Assembly: GCF_000150275.1 (NCBI RefSeq)
Contig: NW_002060946.1
Span: 1-9,375 of the forward strand
From: Trichoplax adhaerens
Taxonomy: Eukaryota; Animalia; Placozoa
Reading direction: 5' to 3'
Length of the DNA stretch: 9,375 bases
Numbering within the stretch: the stretch's first letter is position 1; every line of letters begins with the position of its first letter. Below the pieces are notes generated by a model that did not search any database, was not told the DNA's origin, and worked only from the letters and a program-made list of their open reading frames with translations. Made by a program: the position numbers and the translations under genes. This document shows, one piece after another, positions 8,222 to 9,375 of the stretch.

Positions 8222-9341
8222 TCAATCATCAATTAGCCAATATAGCCAATATTTCCTTTTTTTAGCAGCCCTGAGCAGAGACTTCCAAGAAAAATTTCTC
8301 ATAGCAGTCTCTACTTCAACCATTCCCTGAAAGTACTATTAGCAAAAGGCAGAGATTAAGAATATATTACTAGTACAATATTTAACTTAATTACTGATAA
8401 ATTGCCGTAGATCAGTTAATAGGCGTACTACCTATAATGATATGCTGTTGCATCTCCGAACGTTAAACCTACATCAATCAAATGCATGCTATTTGAGAGC
8501 TTCGAAGTTATTTCAAGAATTTGTCATAAACTGACTTAGGCTATCTCTGAATATCTGTGTCTGAACATAGCTGCTTCACTCTAAATTGAAAAAGAATTGA
8601 ACATAAGGGAGTAAAAGCGGCATATAACAACAGAATTTAGAATACGATTTAAGCATATTCACACGTTTCTTGTTCCAGCCATATAATACTTGATTAAGAC
8701 ATAATTGGGCTTAAAGAACTGGTTCTAAAATGTTCGCCTGTTTTGGCCAACTAAGTAAGTTTGATGTATCATCAATTGGAACGATTGCTAGCGTAGCGGT
8801 AGATAAAATCTCATGTCCTATAATCGAATAAAACTATTTGCGAATTTTATTTTATTTATTGCATATACTTAGTTTATTATTAGTATCAAAGGTAACTTTA
8901 AATTACAATAAACAAGTAGTCCAAAATATTTGACATTCATGGATGATCTCATCCGTAAATCTCTCACATTAATGATCAATCAAGTCTATGAATTAAAATG
9001 GATACGAAAGCTACATACTTTTGTCTATTTATGGTATATAAAATAAAGTCTACTTTAAATCATGACAGCTTTCTATTTCGAATCACCCATTCTTTCTTAT
9101 TTCTTACTTCACAGTAACTTTACAACCAAAGGAATAAATAACGATTTATTTTGTTGTACTTCAAGTAATGAATTTGTGCAAAGTACTAACGCCGACTGTT
9201 ACTACAAAACTAGGAATCATCAAAAGAAAAAATTCATCCTTTATATTATGGTCGACAGATTGGGCTAATTGTTAATTTCTTACTGGTACTTCCATTAAAA
9301 ATGCATCCATAACTTGTAAATCAGCTAATACATGTTCAGCT
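8222..9341 (-). pseudogene. Possible decayed multi-exon gene of unknown family, probably continuing beyond the window
   Basis: AG/GT-bounded segments at 9341-9284, 9195-9108, 8985-8869, 8817-~8665, 8580-8536, 8468-8432 and 8326-8222, with introns of 51-122 nt. Five of six junctions keep phase. The model has six internal stops and AATAAA (8220-8215) right after the final TGA. Assembled by hand; no recognisable homology. Confidence 0.35.
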
Positions 9342-9375
9342 CTGTACACGAGACGTTATACTATCATGATATTAT

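Noticed and set aside
9062-9268. 68-aa plus-strand ORF containing DLFCC...C, superficially like an LGR hinge
   Set aside because: No LRR or CED motif and no 7TM follows within the window. It overlaps better-supported minus-strand exon-like segments.
1-9375. CRISPR array, tRNA/rRNA genes, or a prokaryotic operon or defence system
   Set aside because: I saw no regularly spaced repeats, cloverleaf or rRNA motifs. Gene content and low coding density are eukaryotic.

Overview
AT-rich eukaryotic DNA. The composition and gene style suggest an early-branching animal such as a placozoan, but that is inference. The window holds two tandem, intronless, same-strand class A GPCR paralogs (ATG 839..1891 and ATG 6388..7428). 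Their 7TM domains are LGR/GRL101/relaxin-receptor-like, but they lack the LRR/LDLa ectodomain and the hinge Cys. Between them lie two nested, oppositely oriented, related solo LTRs not shown in the ORF track: an outer element 4168..5293 (5-bp TSD AGGAA) interrupted by an inner element 4583..5130 (5-bp TSD ATTAG). Hand counts show TpA excess and CpA/TpG depletion in the LTR DNA, resembling fungal RIP. The right end carries a chain of minus-strand exon-like segments (9341..8222) with several in-frame stops, possibly a decayed spliced gene.
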